Source: a virus
DNA: 64,000 nucleotides
Direction: 5' to 3' (one strand)
IMG/VR virus record: IMGVR_UViG_3300050016_000171
Coordinates: 1-64,000 of that record
Shown here: piece after piece, positions 19,501 through 30,745 of the stretch
How the letters are laid out: the number at the start of each line of letters is the position of its first letter
Position numbering within the stretch: position 1 is the stretch's first letter
Position numbers and translations under genes: made by a program
Notes under the pieces: model-generated
Told to the model about the DNA's origin: nothing
The model's database searches: none
The model's input: the letters and a program-made list of their open reading frames with translations, nothing else

Positions 19501-20610
19501 ATGCTTAACACACAGAGTACGGTTACGCTGCAACGGATAGTCAATATCGCACTCGCGTTCGGAGACATCGAGCCCGTTTTGAACACTTCGGGTGACTCGT
19601 CCGAACCAGCGTTGACGATTGCCAACGACGTGATGAACGCGATCTGCGGGACGTCCTTCCCGGGCAAGTGGAACGAACTTGTCCTGCCGCCGTTCTATAC
19701 GAACAGTTGGCAGCAGGATTATGCCGTTGTTTATCCCGCGAATTGGACCCCGGGCCAGCCTGCTGCGGGCCAGTCTCTTACGAATCTGGCGTGGCTTACC
19801 CGCGGCATTTGTGTGGACATCAACAGCGATTCCTTCCCCAAACCGTTTCGTGAGGTAGAGGTAGGCCGCGAGTTGCAGCAGAACCCGGGCGCGAACTATA
19901 TCGCGGACATGGGTTCGTCCGGGGGCGGCAATCCTCTTTTCTTAGCCAACTTCTTCCCCAACCACACTCTGTACTACGGCACGTGGGGCGCGCTGAACAA
20001 CGGCACGCAGAGCATCGGTAATAACCCCGGGCCGGGCTCAGCATACACGACCCCCTTGGGGTCGCAGAGCATGCCCTCAAATCCGATTACGCAGATTCAG
20101 GATGCGAACGGAAACTTGCTCGTGCTCACCACTTACGGCATCGAGGGTAGCGCGGCACCGGTCCTTGCGGCGAACTCGCCAGCAGGTACGACGGTCTCCG
20201 GCACCGGCGCAACCACGCAGTGGACGGTTGTCGATCCTTGGGGCCAAGGTTTCCGTATCAATCCTACGCCTTCGCAGACAGGCGCGGTATGGCAGTTCCT
20301 TCTGATCGGTCAGGCTCAGCCGGTTCGGTTCACATCTTTGAGTCAGACGCTGTTTCCGCTCCCAGATCAATACGAACCCAATTTCCGGCAGGGATTCATT
20401 GCGCAGTGCTATCGATATTCGACGGACAGCAAGATCCGCGGCAAGTTCAAAGATGAGTGGCAACTTTGGTTGGCGTCTATGGTGGAATTGCGCGCGAAAC
20501 AGGATCGTGAATTGGAAGAGAACATCTTCGTCCCCGACCGCGGTATCATGGGCGGTCAACAGCGTCGTGCCGGACTGTGGCGCGGCGGCGGGTATCCGTA
20601 TCAGTACTAA
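19501..20610 (+). CDS. putative head-tail adaptor / tail tubular protein A-like
   Basis: EPALTIANDVM...KWN...QQDY pattern, paralogous to 20620; upstream of the nozzle gene. Confidence 0.55.
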   Translation: MLNTQSTVTLQRIVNIALAFGDIEPVLNTSGDSSEPALTIANDVMNAICGTSFPGKWNELVLPPFYTNSWQQDYAVVYPANWTPGQPAAGQSLTNLAWLTRGICVDINSDSFPKPFREVEVGRELQQNPGANYIADMGSSGGGNPLFLANFFPNHTLYYGTWGALNNGTQSIGNNPGPGSAYTTPLGSQSMPSNPITQIQDANGNLLVLTTYGIEGSAAPVLAANSPAGTTVSGTGATTQWTVVDPWGQGFRINPTPSQTGAVWQFLLIGQAQPVRFTSLSQTLFPLPDQYEPNFRQGFIAQCYRYSTDSKIRGKFKDEWQLWLASMVELRAKQDRELEENIFVPDRGIMGGQQRRAGLWRGGGYPYQY

Positions 20611-20619
20611 GGACTGACA

Positions 20620-21339
20620 ATGCCATACACGCTTCAAAATACGATTAACTGGGCACAGACGTTCATCGAGTACTCTCCCCTGACTGCGGGAGTCGCCAAC
20701 GAGCCTGCGATCTCAGTCGCGAACATGATTGTTTCGACGATCACGAACGCCCCGCTCACGTGGGCTTGGAATCGCAAGGAATATGGCGGGCTCACCCTCG
20801 TCACTTCGCAACAGGACTATGTGGTCACTATTGCTGACTTCAGCTTCCTCGAAAAAGTCACGCTGACCACTGCGGATGCTAAATATGCCTTTGATGTGAA
20901 GGACGTGTACAACACCACTACTTTGGGTGTTTCGGTTTCGAAACCCGCTGAGCCCAAAGGCGTTTCAGTTCACTTGGTGCAGTACGGCACGAACGTGACT
21001 CTGCGTTTTATGGCAATCCCGGATCAAGCCTACACATCAGTTATCACGTATCAGACTTTGATTCCCGATATGTCTTCGCTGGGCGCGACGTGGCCCCTCC
21101 CCTCACAGTACAAGGATATCTTCAACAACCTTTTCGCCGCGGAAGCGTATCAGGCGGTGGACGACGACCAGCAGGCGCAGCGTTATCGCATGCGCGGCGT
21201 GGCGGCTCTTCTGGCTAAGGCCGAGGGCTTGAGCGAAATGCAGCGCAACTCTGTACTGGCCCAGTTCTTGGTTCGCGGCAGTCAGACGCAGGCCCAGCAA
21301 CTTCGGACCCAGCAGGGCACACAGGCACGCGGACAATAA
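20620..21339 (+). CDS. putative head-tail adaptor / tail tubular protein A-like
   Basis: EPAISVANMIV...WAWN...QQDY and PDQAY motif typical of podovirus adaptors. Confidence 0.6.
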   Translation: MPYTLQNTINWAQTFIEYSPLTAGVANEPAISVANMIVSTITNAPLTWAWNRKEYGGLTLVTSQQDYVVTIADFSFLEKVTLTTADAKYAFDVKDVYNTTTLGVSVSKPAEPKGVSVHLVQYGTNVTLRFMAIPDQAYTSVITYQTLIPDMSSLGATWPLPSQYKDIFNNLFAAEAYQAVDDDQQAQRYRMRGVAALLAKAEGLSEMQRNSVLAQFLVRGSQTQAQQLRTQQGTQARGQ

Positions 21340-24300
21340 TGACGAATTTACTCGAAGTCTCCGGCGCACAGCCCCAGAAACAGCCCAAGTATGTTCCGCT
21401 GTTTATGGACAAACAGTTCACCGGTCTGTACACACAGCGTTCCGTGTTGCACGACCCATCCGACATCGCGACTGCGCGATTTTACGGCGGTCGGCCCGAT
21501 GCTTTGTGGGCAGGATCAAACGTCGAGTTGACGAACTTGCTGACGCTCGCGCGTCGGCCCGGCCTCAGTCCTTTCTCAGGCGCTATCTATCCCACAACGC
21601 CAGATCGTGCGTTTTCGTTTCAGACAGCATTGGGCCAAATTCAAGTTATCATTGATACGGGCGATTCGCCGACATTTGTTTTAACGGCTGTCTCGGCTGT
21701 GTCCGCAGGAGTCAGTGGTACGTATACTGGTACTATCACTGGCGGCGCCGCGGGCCCGGCGCAATTCCCGAACGGCGCATACGCAGGCTTGATCTTTCTT
21801 ATCACTGGTTTTGATCTGCCGCAGAACAACGGAACGTTTGTTTGTATTTCGTCCACCGGGACGCAGTTGGTTCTCGCGAACATCAATGCCGCATTGGATA
21901 CACATGCCGGGACCGCCCTCACCGCAGGCGGGGTTTGGTACGACACGCAGAGTCCATCTGCGAGCGTTCCCCCTCAGCTTATTTTCGCAAAGTCTGTGGG
22001 CGCGGGTCAGACAGCATTTGTGGCCGTGAACGGAGTGTTGTATTTCGGAGATGGCGTTGACACGAACGTTTATACGCCCAACGGACCCAATGGAATTATT
22101 TGGGATTGGGGCATCGCTGCTCCTTTGAATCAACCCAACGTTCTCATTACGGAAAGCGGCGCTTCGGCAGTGGTGTGGCAGGCCAGCTCCGTGTATTCGA
22201 CGATGGGCCTTGTCCTTGATAGCAACGGTAACATCCAACAGCTTTACACAGTGAACGCCGACACCTCGAACCCGACTTCGCGATATGGACTTTCGTCCAA
22301 CGGTCAGCCGGTTTGGAACCAGTCAACAGCGGGCACTACGAGCGATGGTAGTGTGACGTGGACGAACGAAGGTCCGATCACCGAGTGGCAAGGATCGACC
22401 ATCTATCAACCCGGTCAGCCAATTTACGATCCCGGCACGATGTGCATTTTCATTATGTCACAAAGTTCTCAGCGAACTTCGGGTTCCGTCCGTCCGAACT
22501 TCAACGCGGTTTTCGCTCCCGGACAGGGCGGTCCTTTCGTCGGGGATGGGGATGATACGAAGTGGCAGAACATCGGTAAGGTTGGCGCGACACCCTCAAT
22601 GGTTCAACCGTGGAAGGCTACCACAGTGGAGGCCGTGTACAACTTGCCCGCGAGCGGCACGCGTCCGAAATATCCCAACAGCGCGATTATCGAGCCCACG
22701 TTGGTTCTTCCGCCTCCTGCGGGACAGCTAGTATATTTGCAAGTTGCTACGACTTCGGGTACAACTGGTAGCGGAGCCAACGCGCCCACGTGGGGAACGG
22801 CCCCGGGATTCCAAACATACGACGGTCAACTGGGTTGGACGATGTTGAGCAATGCGACATGGCATTCGTCAACCCCTTATACTCAGTGGAGCACCGGCCT
22901 AGCTATTTTCTCGGTAATCGTTGACAGCAATGGTAACTTTCAGGTTTGTACGACAACCGGACTCTCCGGCCAGCATCAGCCCGGCACCGCAGGCGTCGGC
23001 CCATGGAATACTTTGTACGGCGGCGTCACGAACGACGGTTCTGTTATCTGGACCTGCGTCGGCCAGAGCATGACTTGGAACACAAACACGATTTGGTATT
23101 TGCCGATCAACGGATTCGCGCCCCCGAGTAAATCGCAACCCTACGGTTCTTCGGCGGTCATCGACAGTAACGGCAACATAGAATTCGTTTTGGAGTCCGG
23201 TCTGTCAAACACCGTGGCTCCGTCGTGGGGCACGCAGGGCACGCAGACAATTGATAACGCCATCACGTGGTACAACGACGGCGTTGCTTTGACGAACTCT
23301 CTTTCGTGGAAGCTGGGCTATGTTTACGCCTATTCGTACGAGTCGCGTCTCACGACAGATCCCTCGAACACGGTCGCGCCTCCGGGGTTTCCGACCCCAC
23401 TAGGCGTACCTGTGGGTTCTGAGTTGGGCGACATTTCAACTGCGTCCCCGGTCTACACCATTACTGGCGCCAACACCGGCGCGGTTAACACGATTTCTGG
23501 TATCGGCTCCCTGAATCCGGCAGTCGATACGATCATCATTTGGCGTTCCGCGGACGGCGGTGGCCCCAACAACATGTTCTTTCTGACCGAGATCCCGAAC
23601 CCCCCTCCGCTGTCGAAAACGGTTCCGGGCAACTGGTCGTTCAACGATTATTTGCCGGACGTAGCTACGGCGATTTATCCGGGCTTGGACAACTTGATCC
23701 CGGCTCCGATTGACGACGAAAATAACCAGCCGCCTTCGACGTTCTTGCCGATGGTGTACAACTTCGAGCGCATCTGGGGAGCGGACGGCGCAAAGGTTAT
23801 TTGGAGCGGCGGTCCTGACGTCATCACAGGCAATCCCAACGCTGCGTTCAACCCCATTGATGAGTTTCCGTATCTTGCGACGGTGACGCGCGTCGTGAAA
23901 ACTTCGCAGGGTCTCGTCGTGATGTTGACGGATAGCATCGAGATCATTGCGGGCGGGCCCCTGACGTCATCGTTCTATCCCCTGACGCTGGCTCCGGGAA
24001 TCGGAATGCTAAGTTACAACGCCCTCGACGTTTACATGGGAGAGATCTATTTCTTCAGCTCGGACGGACAGGTCAAGTCTGTCAGTCCGTCCTTGAACGC
24101 GCCGAACTTTGGATTCGCATTGGGTGACAAGTTCGCTGTCATGAACCCCAACGACGTCTATGTGGCGGTTCAACAGTCAGGCATCGATAACTGCATCATG
24201 ATTGCGGACGGCAGCACCGGCTGGTATCGCTGCAATCCCCACCAGATCCCGGGTGGCGCAAACGGGCCGGAGCCGATCTGGTCTCCTTTCGCGAACATCA

Positions 24301-25427
24301 CGAATGGTTGTCAGATGGTTCAGAGCGTGGAAGTGCGCGCGGGAATCAAGAAGCTGCTCGTGGGTGCAACCACGGGCGGCGAACAAATCCTTCAGCGCGA
24401 TCTTTCTATTTTTACAGATGGCGGCTCTTCGCTCAGTCCTTCGCCTATTAACCTATTGACGGCAGCCACATACGGCGTTCTGGCGGGCACCACGATTACG
24501 AACTCTGGTCCTACTACCATCACTGGCGACTTGGGGCTCAGCCCCGGTAGCGCCGTAACGGGCGCGCCCACGGTGACGGGAGCTACGAACATCGACAACC
24601 CGGCTGCGGTTCAGGCCAAGACGGATTTGACTACGGCGTACACCCAAGCTGCCGCGTATCCCGGAGCGACGATTATTCCGACAGAGTTGGGCGGCACGTC
24701 TCTCGGGCCCGGAGTCTATACGAGCGCGTCGGGTACATTCTCCATAACGACGGGAACCCTGACCCTCAACGCCGGTGGCGACCCCAATGCCTTTTGGATC
24801 TTCCAAATGGCGACTACTTTGGTGACGGGCACAGGCACCTCCGTAGTTCTGACCGACAGTGCGCAGTCTCTTAATGTGTTCTGGCAAGTCGGCAGTTCTG
24901 CTACGATTGGCGTCAGTTCGACTTTTGTGGGAACCATACTCGCGCTCACATCTATTTCTGTGAATACAAGTGCCACAGTGACCGGGCGATTGCTGGCTCG
25001 GAATGGCGCAGTGACGATGTTGAGTAACGGCGTTACGGTATCCACATCAACTGTTGTGGGCACGATGTATGACGCCAACTTCACGATGGGCAGCATCGTG
25101 TTGGCTCATCCGGGACAGATAGCTGCTTTGAAATTCCTTGAGATGGACATGTCGGGAGTTTCGTATCGGCCCGTAGTGAGTTGTCTCTTGAACGAGATTG
25201 CTGGTACGTTTACGCCCATGGCGTTGATTCCGCAGTTTGATCCACCGTCGATTTACGGGGCGACTCTTTCGCCGACGAGTTATTCGCCGAACCGATATTA
25301 CTTCGCGTCTACGGGAAAGTTGGCGCGTTGCCGTCATCTTCAAATCAACGTGGACTTTGGCATGACTCCGAATCAGGACATGATCTATAATCTTTGCATT
25401 TTTGGCCGCCTTTTCGTAGAATTTTAG
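21339..25427 (+). CDS. tail nozzle / tubular protein B-like protein with inserted DUF3494 domain
   Basis: 1362 aa after the adaptor; propeller-like core ([28 protein letters not shown]); DGxVxW repeats; DUF3494 at about 24444-25045. Confidence 0.7.
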   Translation: MTNLLEVSGAQPQKQPKYVPLFMDKQFTGLYTQRSVLHDPSDIATARFYGGRPDALWAGSNVELTNLLTLARRPGLSPFSGAIYPTTPDRAFSFQTALGQIQVIIDTGDSPTFVLTAVSAVSAGVSGTYTGTITGGAAGPAQFPNGAYAGLIFLITGFDLPQNNGTFVCISSTGTQLVLANINAALDTHAGTALTAGGVWYDTQSPSASVPPQLIFAKSVGAGQTAFVAVNGVLYFGDGVDTNVYTPNGPNGIIWDWGIAAPLNQPNVLITESGASAVVWQASSVYSTMGLVLDSNGNIQQLYTVNADTSNPTSRYGLSSNGQPVWNQSTAGTTSDGSVTWTNEGPITEWQGSTIYQPGQPIYDPGTMCIFIMSQSSQRTSGSVRPNFNAVFAPGQGGPFVGDGDDTKWQNIGKVGATPSMVQPWKATTVEAVYNLPASGTRPKYPNSAIIEPTLVLPPPAGQLVYLQVATTSGTTGSGANAPTWGTAPGFQTYDGQLGWTMLSNATWHSSTPYTQWSTGLAIFSVIVDSNGNFQVCTTTGLSGQHQPGTAGVGPWNTLYGGVTNDGSVIWTCVGQSMTWNTNTIWYLPINGFAPPSKSQPYGSSAVIDSNGNIEFVLESGLSNTVAPSWGTQGTQTIDNAITWYNDGVALTNSLSWKLGYVYAYSYESRLTTDPSNTVAPPGFPTPLGVPVGSELGDISTASPVYTITGANTGAVNTISGIGSLNPAVDTIIIWRSADGGGPNNMFFLTEIPNPPPLSKTVPGNWSFNDYLPDVATAIYPGLDNLIPAPIDDENNQPPSTFLPMVYNFERIWGADGAKVIWSGGPDVITGNPNAAFNPIDEFPYLATVTRVVKTSQGLVVMLTDSIEIIAGGPLTSSFYPLTLAPGIGMLSYNALDVYMGEIYFFSSDGQVKSVSPSLNAPNFGFALGDKFAVMNPNDVYVAVQQSGIDNCIMIADGSTGWYRCNPHQIPGGANGPEPIWSPFANITNGCQMVQSVEVRAGIKKLLVGATTGGEQILQRDLSIFTDGGSSLSPSPINLLTAATYGVLAGTTITNSGPTTITGDLGLSPGSAVTGAPTVTGATNIDNPAAVQAKTDLTTAYTQAAAYPGATIIPTELGGTSLGPGVYTSASGTFSITTGTLTLNAGGDPNAFWIFQMATTLVTGTGTSVVLTDSAQSLNVFWQVGSSATIGVSSTFVGTILALTSISVNTSATVTGRLLARNGAVTMLSNGVTVSTSTVVGTMYDANFTMGSIVLAHPGQIAALKFLEMDMSGVSYRPVVSCLLNEIAGTFTPMALIPQFDPPSIYGATLSPTSYSPNRYYFASTGKLARCRHLQINVDFGMTPNQDMIYNLCIFGRLFVEF
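25394..25422 (+). promoter_or_regulatory. sigma70-type promoter for the EndoVII gene
   Basis: TTGCAT-17 bp-TAGAAT inside the 3' end of the nozzle gene. Confidence 0.55.
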
Positions 25428-25446
25428 GGTTTGTAGCTACAAAGTC

Positions 25447-25493
25447 GGGGAGTGCCAGACACACTCCCCTTCTATCCTTTGTCTGGAAGGATA
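25447..25493 (+). promoter_or_regulatory. two-hairpin kissing-loop leader, copy 2
   Basis: GGGGAGTG-[CCAGACA]-CACTCCCC then TATCCTT-[TGTCTGG]-AAGGATA; loops are exact reverse complements; covers the GGAAGGA RBS. Confidence 0.8.
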
Positions 25494-25495
25494 AC

Positions 25496-26005
25496 ATGAA
25501 GAAACTAACAACGCACTGCAAACGCGGTCACGAGTTTACTCCCGATAATACGTACATTGCACCGAAGGGCGGGCAGCGCCACTGCAAGGCTTGTCGAGAA
25601 ATTGTTTGGGCGGGCGACCCAAACAGATTGCAAAGAAGTCGGGATTATCAGAAGAAATGGGCGGCAGATAAGAGAACGGGCTATTCTCTGTACGGTCGAA
25701 AATTCGATCTGAAAAAGTTTTATGGTCTCACGGTTGAAAGATACGTTGAGATGTTCGAGGCGCAAGGCGGCAAATGCGCGATCTGTCTTCGACCAGAATC
25801 CGCGATTACTAAATACGGTCAGGTTAGATGGTTGTCGGTTGACCACGATCATGCCTGTTGTCCCGGAAAGGTATCGTGCGGCAAATGCATACGTAGGTTG
25901 CTTTGTCATTTTTGTAATCACGCTCTGGGTTTGTTTCACGACGACCCCGAACTTCTGGCCCGAGCGATAACTTATATCGGAGAATTTAGAGGAACGCGTG
26001 GCTGA
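25496..26005 (+). CDS. free-standing endonuclease VII-family (HNH-like) homing endonuclease
   Basis: [14 protein letters not shown]...CKAC N-terminal module; YGLT...QGGKCAIC...VDHDH...LLCHFCN. Real start is ATG 25496. Confidence 0.88.
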   Translation: MKKLTTHCKRGHEFTPDNTYIAPKGGQRHCKACREIVWAGDPNRLQRSRDYQKKWAADKRTGYSLYGRKFDLKKFYGLTVERYVEMFEAQGGKCAICLRPESAITKYGQVRWLSVDHDHACCPGKVSCGKCIRRLLCHFCNHALGLFHDDPELLARAITYIGEFRGTRG

Positions 26006-27395
26006 CGAAAGAGAACATCCCAAAGCAGTGGAACAGACGATTGAAGAAGAAGCTGGACTTCCGTCAAATTGGAGTGCGGTTAATTCGTCTCCGGTGATTC
26101 CGGGTCGCCAGAGGGGCGGGCCGACGGGCGGTCCTCCGCAGGCCATCACGGGTATCGACAATTTTCAGTCGGGTCAGTTGCCTCCGTTCCTCGGACTTTC
26201 ACCGGACTTGGTTGGCGCGGGCACGCCGGGCCCGGGAGTTCCGACGACGCGTTTGATGCCTATCGCTCCGGGTGGACTTTCGCAGATCGTGTCTGCAACG
26301 AAGAGCGTCGTGCAGCCCCTGATCGATAAAGCCATTGCATCTATTCCAAGGCCCCCGCCGGTTAAGCCGACCATAGTGGTAATGGAGGACAATTTCTATC
26401 CGTATTTTGCTACGACCATCAGCCCGACCCCAGTCAGTCAAATAGGCCAGTTGGGTTGGGCTCTTCACGGCACAATTGGAACCTTCGTGGGTTTTCTTGG
26501 GGGCGCGTACCCCAACGTAGGACAATTTTATTGGTCGAATGATGCCGTTGCGTCGGATGCGGGTTGGTTGAACATTCAACTCGGCGGTCCGTCCACAGCT
26601 TCGTACGCCGCGAACGGTTTGGCTTTGTTCGATTCGCCGGGCTGGACGATGACTTTTATTTTCAAGTTAGAGGCGTCATTTGATAGCCTTCTGAACTTCA
26701 ACATGACGCAAAAGTCTATGTACATCGGACTTATAGGTGTGACGACCACGGCCTCTTTCGAAAATACGATTTCTCGTCCCGACACGTTTGTCGGACTTCG
26801 TTTCGACACAAGTGCCACAGCACCGGCTATCAGTGATACTTTTTACACTTATGAAGTTGTTGCCAACCCAACGGGTACCTCGCAGGTGCGTCAGAATACG
26901 CAGGGCACCACAAAAGTCACAACTGTCACCCCCGCAGTAGACGGGTGGCACACGTTGGTTATAACTTGCCCATCGGCGGGGCAAGTCAACATGACACTGG
27001 ACGGCGCGGAGCAGTTCACAGCGTCTGTTCCAGCCGTTACTGTTACCGGAACCGTCAACGCTCTTTGGGGTAACGGACTCGCTCGATTCGCATGGCTTCC
27101 TGCCGCCACTCCTCCGCAACCTGTGTGTCCGTGGAGTGCGGGAACGTCTTTGACAGTTTTGGGTTTCGGGTCTCCCAACACGATGTACAACGGGACATTT
27201 CAATTGGCGAATTGCATTTCTTCAGAGTTGTGGTTTGATTTACCAATTACGGCGTCTACGGCGACGGGCACCGGCGTAACATTGAGCGGATATCCGGCAT
27301 TTGTTCCGTCGTTCTCGTTTGGTAATGATGATACGGCGTCCCCCTCGGCAAACGACGCATTTTTCTTTGTGGACTTTTTCGGCTATACGGTTTAA
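25998..27395 (+). CDS. putative virion protein with lectin-like beta domain
   Basis: GAGG RBS with GTG start; Pro-rich N-terminus and beta-rich C-terminus (DGWHTLVI...VNMTLDG). Confidence 0.55.
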   Translation: MADEREHPKAVEQTIEEEAGLPSNWSAVNSSPVIPGRQRGGPTGGPPQAITGIDNFQSGQLPPFLGLSPDLVGAGTPGPGVPTTRLMPIAPGGLSQIVSATKSVVQPLIDKAIASIPRPPPVKPTIVVMEDNFYPYFATTISPTPVSQIGQLGWALHGTIGTFVGFLGGAYPNVGQFYWSNDAVASDAGWLNIQLGGPSTASYAANGLALFDSPGWTMTFIFKLEASFDSLLNFNMTQKSMYIGLIGVTTTASFENTISRPDTFVGLRFDTSATAPAISDTFYTYEVVANPTGTSQVRQNTQGTTKVTTVTPAVDGWHTLVITCPSAGQVNMTLDGAEQFTASVPAVTVTGTVNALWGNGLARFAWLPAATPPQPVCPWSAGTSLTVLGFGSPNTMYNGTFQLANCISSELWFDLPITASTATGTGVTLSGYPAFVPSFSFGNDDTASPSANDAFFFVDFFGYTV

Positions 27396-27408
27396 GGAAG
27401 GAATTTTC

Positions 27409-27810
27409 GTGATCAACTTTGTGGCAACAACGCAGGAAGATTTACCCTTGTTGAAGAGCTGGGTAGATGCAGATTCATGGCATCAGAGTAAAGAGGAAAC
27501 TGATTGGTGGCTCCGCGGCTATCTTTCGTTCAAGTTAACTGACGACCGCGGCATCACCGTATTCGTACGGTTTGATCGAGAAGGCGAGTTGGTTCGCCTC
27601 CATAGTCAGTTCGCCACTTCCTCCGAAGTAAGCGAGGTCAGAGTGGCCCTTAGCATTTCAGAAGCGATTCCGCGATTCATTGTTTGCGCCCGCGCGGATG
27701 GCGTGAAAGGAATCATCACGGAGAGCATCAGCCCCAAGCTGATAGCTTTCCTCACGACCCGACTGGGATTCGTCCATAGTCAGGGCAACGATTACGTTTT
27801 AATGTTTTAG
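27409..27810 (+). CDS. GNAT-like small protein preceding the ejection genes
   Basis: AAGGAAGG RBS with GTG start; ATTQEDLPLLKSW...RLGF pattern; position analogous to T7 gp13. Confidence 0.5.
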   Translation: MINFVATTQEDLPLLKSWVDADSWHQSKEETDWWLRGYLSFKLTDDRGITVFVRFDREGELVRLHSQFATSSEVSEVRVALSISEAIPRFIVCARADGVKGIITESISPKLIAFLTTRLGFVHSQGNDYVLMF

Positions 27811-27821
27811 GAGAGCGAAGC

Positions 27822-28469
27822 ATGTGCGGCCCAACAGGACAAGAGAAGCAGATCGCTGATCAGCAGCAGGCTTACTCTACTGTCGTTCAGAACAACTATA
27901 AAACGTTGTTCGGCGAACAGCAGGGAGTAATGAGTAACCTGAACAACATTTTCACGCCTATTGCCGAGGCTGGCCCAAGCCAGACCGGATTCTCGGGTGG
28001 TGAACTTGCTGCGCTGAATACTCAGGCCCTTGATACTACGGGCGCGAATTATGCGAACGCTGCGCGCTCATTGGGCGGCCAACTCGCGGGTCGTTCTACG
28101 GCGGCGGGCGAGACTGGGCCGACAATGGCGCTCAAGAGTCAGTTGGCATCGGCGTCAGCCGGTCAGTTGTCGAACGAGCAGTTGGGCATAACACAGGCCG
28201 ACTACGCGCAGGGCAATCAAAACTGGCGCGCAGCGACAGGCGGTTTGCAGGCTCTCAATACCAGTTATCAAAGTGGTGAAGCGGGCCAGTCTGGTACGGA
28301 AGCCAACAAGTCGGCTTTCGGTGAAGCCGATGAAATCGCACAGCAGCAAGCGCAAGCAGATCAGGCAATCGCCGGTGGGATCACTTCGCTCGCTGGGAGC
28401 GCCTTGACGTTCGGAGCAGGTGCGGCGACCGGTGGATTCGCAGGCGGTATGCAAGCACTCGCAGGATAA
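27822..28469 (+). CDS. internal virion / DNA ejection protein
   Basis: Starts MCG; Gln/Ala/Gly-rich with hydrophobic Gly/Ala C-terminus. Confidence 0.6.
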   Translation: MCGPTGQEKQIADQQQAYSTVVQNNYKTLFGEQQGVMSNLNNIFTPIAEAGPSQTGFSGGELAALNTQALDTTGANYANAARSLGGQLAGRSTAAGETGPTMALKSQLASASAGQLSNEQLGITQADYAQGNQNWRAATGGLQALNTSYQSGEAGQSGTEANKSAFGEADEIAQQQAQADQAIAGGITSLAGSALTFGAGAATGGFAGGMQALAG

Positions 28470-28495
28470 TAGAAGTATAGGATTGGAGAACACAG

Positions 28496-30745
28496 ATGGC
28501 ACCGAATTTGACACTCACACCAGAACAGACTCAGGCTGAGGGCACACTCGCTCCGGCTCCTGCGGCTCTTCCCTCTGCTGCGGCCCCGACTCTTGCCGCT
28601 GCCCCGGCGAATATTGCGGGAGCGACTGCGTTGGGCTCGACGGACGATCAAGCCGCTGATGCTGCGCTGAAAATGCGTGTAGGACAACCAGCTCCGGCAG
28701 ACTCATTTGCCGCAAAGTTGGGTGCGGCTCTCGACCGGCCAGAGAACGCCATTCCTTTGACAGCAGCCGGTACGCCGGTGAAAGGCGCGTGGGCTCGTTC
28801 ACTCGTGGCCGGGGCCCAAGGCGTACTCGCAAGCATGGGTGACATCCCCACAGGCAAAGCGCCGGTGGGCGCCGGAGCCATCTCGGGTATCGCAGGCACG
28901 ATGCGGAATCGCAATGAGCGTATAGGTCAGCAGAATGAGCTGAAAAACAAGGAGGCTCAGGAAGCGAAGCAGAACGCGCGCGAAGATCGCAAAATGACAC
29001 TCGAAGAAAACAGTGCTGCTCTCAACAACACGGAATCCAATTTACGCATGCACAACGAACAACGTCTGGCGCACCAAGCCGACGTGGCCCCGATGATCGA
29101 TCAGGGCAAGAAAGCAATTGAAGTCCTGACCAATCCGGCTAGCCCGCATCAGGCGCCAGTTGCAGGCCGCGATTTGACATATGCGGATATTCAGCAGGGT
29201 GTGGTCGATGGCAAATGGAATCTCCAAGACTTTACTGCATTCCCGACCGGCCAGAAATTCAAGGAAGGTCAGGAGCCTACGACCACGTACACGTTGGTCG
29301 GCGCGGGACAACCTGTGAAGTTGGATGCCAAGAATCCTGCGGATGCCGCGACAATTAAGTTCATCAATGATAATCGTGGGGCCGATAAGCCGATCACGGA
29401 CGGGCAGGACTTTACGTTCGATCAATTCAATCACGTTTATCAGAATGCCGCGGACGTTGCGGCGGCAACGGCTTCGCGCGACAAGACTTTGATGGATAAC
29501 AAACTCATGAGCGCAAAGCAAGTCAAGGATTTGGAGCCCGCTCTTCTGGGACAGAATCCTATGTGGATCAAGGCTATTGGCGACGCTAAGGGCGATCCAG
29601 TCGCGGCCTACAAGAAGATCTCAGCCAACCCGAGCATGTTGAAGCAATTCCCGAATCTCGCGGAAGATATGAAAGTGGACTATCCTGAGTTCGACAAGCT
29701 GACGGAGATGCACGAAACCGAAGCCGCGAAGATTCGCGAGAAAAATGCGGACGCCGCTGCAAACATCTCGGGCATTCCTATGACCGATGAGATGCAAGCG
29801 TCCATCAACTCCCTCCCTGCGGACAAGAAAGCTTTGCTTGTCGGTGCTGCACCCAAGGACACAACCCTACAAGCCACGTTGTATTCTCTGGCTCTTAATG
29901 ATGGCACGGTGGATATCGATAAGGTTTTCCCGAATCGTACGTATAAGGGCGGCCAGACGATGACTTTGCAGGATGCTATCGGTGTGGTTAAGCAAATGAA
30001 CCCGCAGATGAGCGAACAGAATTATCGTTTGATGGGTAAGGAATTGGCGGCCACGATACCGGGCACCAAGAAGGGTGATGCCATCGAACAGTACAACAAC
30101 GTTTTGCAGCACGCTGCGGAACTTCAGGATACGATGATGGCAGTTGGCGGCGAGCGTCCGGCCAAGTTCTACAATACGGGTCTGAACAAGATGGAAAAAG
30201 AAGGCTGGGGTACCGATCCGGCCAATATCAGTGCGGCAATGGAACCACTCAAGGGTGAGTTCGAGTTGCTGATGTCTGGTGGTTACAAGCCATCGGAAGA
30301 AATGCAGGTTGCGTACAACGTCATTTTGAATCCGGCGTCAACCCCAAATCAAATCGGCGTTGCTCTCAAGAAGATGGCAGCGGTCGGCAGCATCCGTTTG
30401 CAGAACATGGATGAGACCTATCACGCGCTGGCCGGTAAGCATATTCCGAACCTCGTCCGTCCAGAAGCTTTGGCGGCAGCTCAGCACTTGGGTCTCGAAG
30501 GCTCCGATCCACAGTCGTGGGCGCGCTTGAAGTCACTGAACAGCGGCGGTCAGGTGTTCACTCCGGGAATTCCGCCGGAAGTGAAGCCTGCGGATCTGAC
30601 GAAGGTAGTCCCGAACGGCGCGTTGAATATGTCTGTCGCGGCAGATGGTAAGACGACGATCTTCCAAATGCCGGGTAACAAAATTCAAGACGCGCAGGGC
30701 AATCAATATGATGTGCACGGTAATAGACTTCCGGGAGCTAAGTAA
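28496..30745 (+). CDS. internal virion / DNA ejection protein
   Basis: 749-aa helical protein in the ejection cluster. Confidence 0.55.
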   Translation: MAPNLTLTPEQTQAEGTLAPAPAALPSAAAPTLAAAPANIAGATALGSTDDQAADAALKMRVGQPAPADSFAAKLGAALDRPENAIPLTAAGTPVKGAWARSLVAGAQGVLASMGDIPTGKAPVGAGAISGIAGTMRNRNERIGQQNELKNKEAQEAKQNAREDRKMTLEENSAALNNTESNLRMHNEQRLAHQADVAPMIDQGKKAIEVLTNPASPHQAPVAGRDLTYADIQQGVVDGKWNLQDFTAFPTGQKFKEGQEPTTTYTLVGAGQPVKLDAKNPADAATIKFINDNRGADKPITDGQDFTFDQFNHVYQNAADVAAATASRDKTLMDNKLMSAKQVKDLEPALLGQNPMWIKAIGDAKGDPVAAYKKISANPSMLKQFPNLAEDMKVDYPEFDKLTEMHETEAAKIREKNADAAANISGIPMTDEMQASINSLPADKKALLVGAAPKDTTLQATLYSLALNDGTVDIDKVFPNRTYKGGQTMTLQDAIGVVKQMNPQMSEQNYRLMGKELAATIPGTKKGDAIEQYNNVLQHAAELQDTMMAVGGERPAKFYNTGLNKMEKEGWGTDPANISAAMEPLKGEFELLMSGGYKPSEEMQVAYNVILNPASTPNQIGVALKKMAAVGSIRLQNMDETYHALAGKHIPNLVRPEALAAAQHLGLEGSDPQSWARLKSLNSGGQVFTPGIPPEVKPADLTKVVPNGALNMSVAADGKTTIFQMPGNKIQDAQGNQYDVHGNRLPGAK

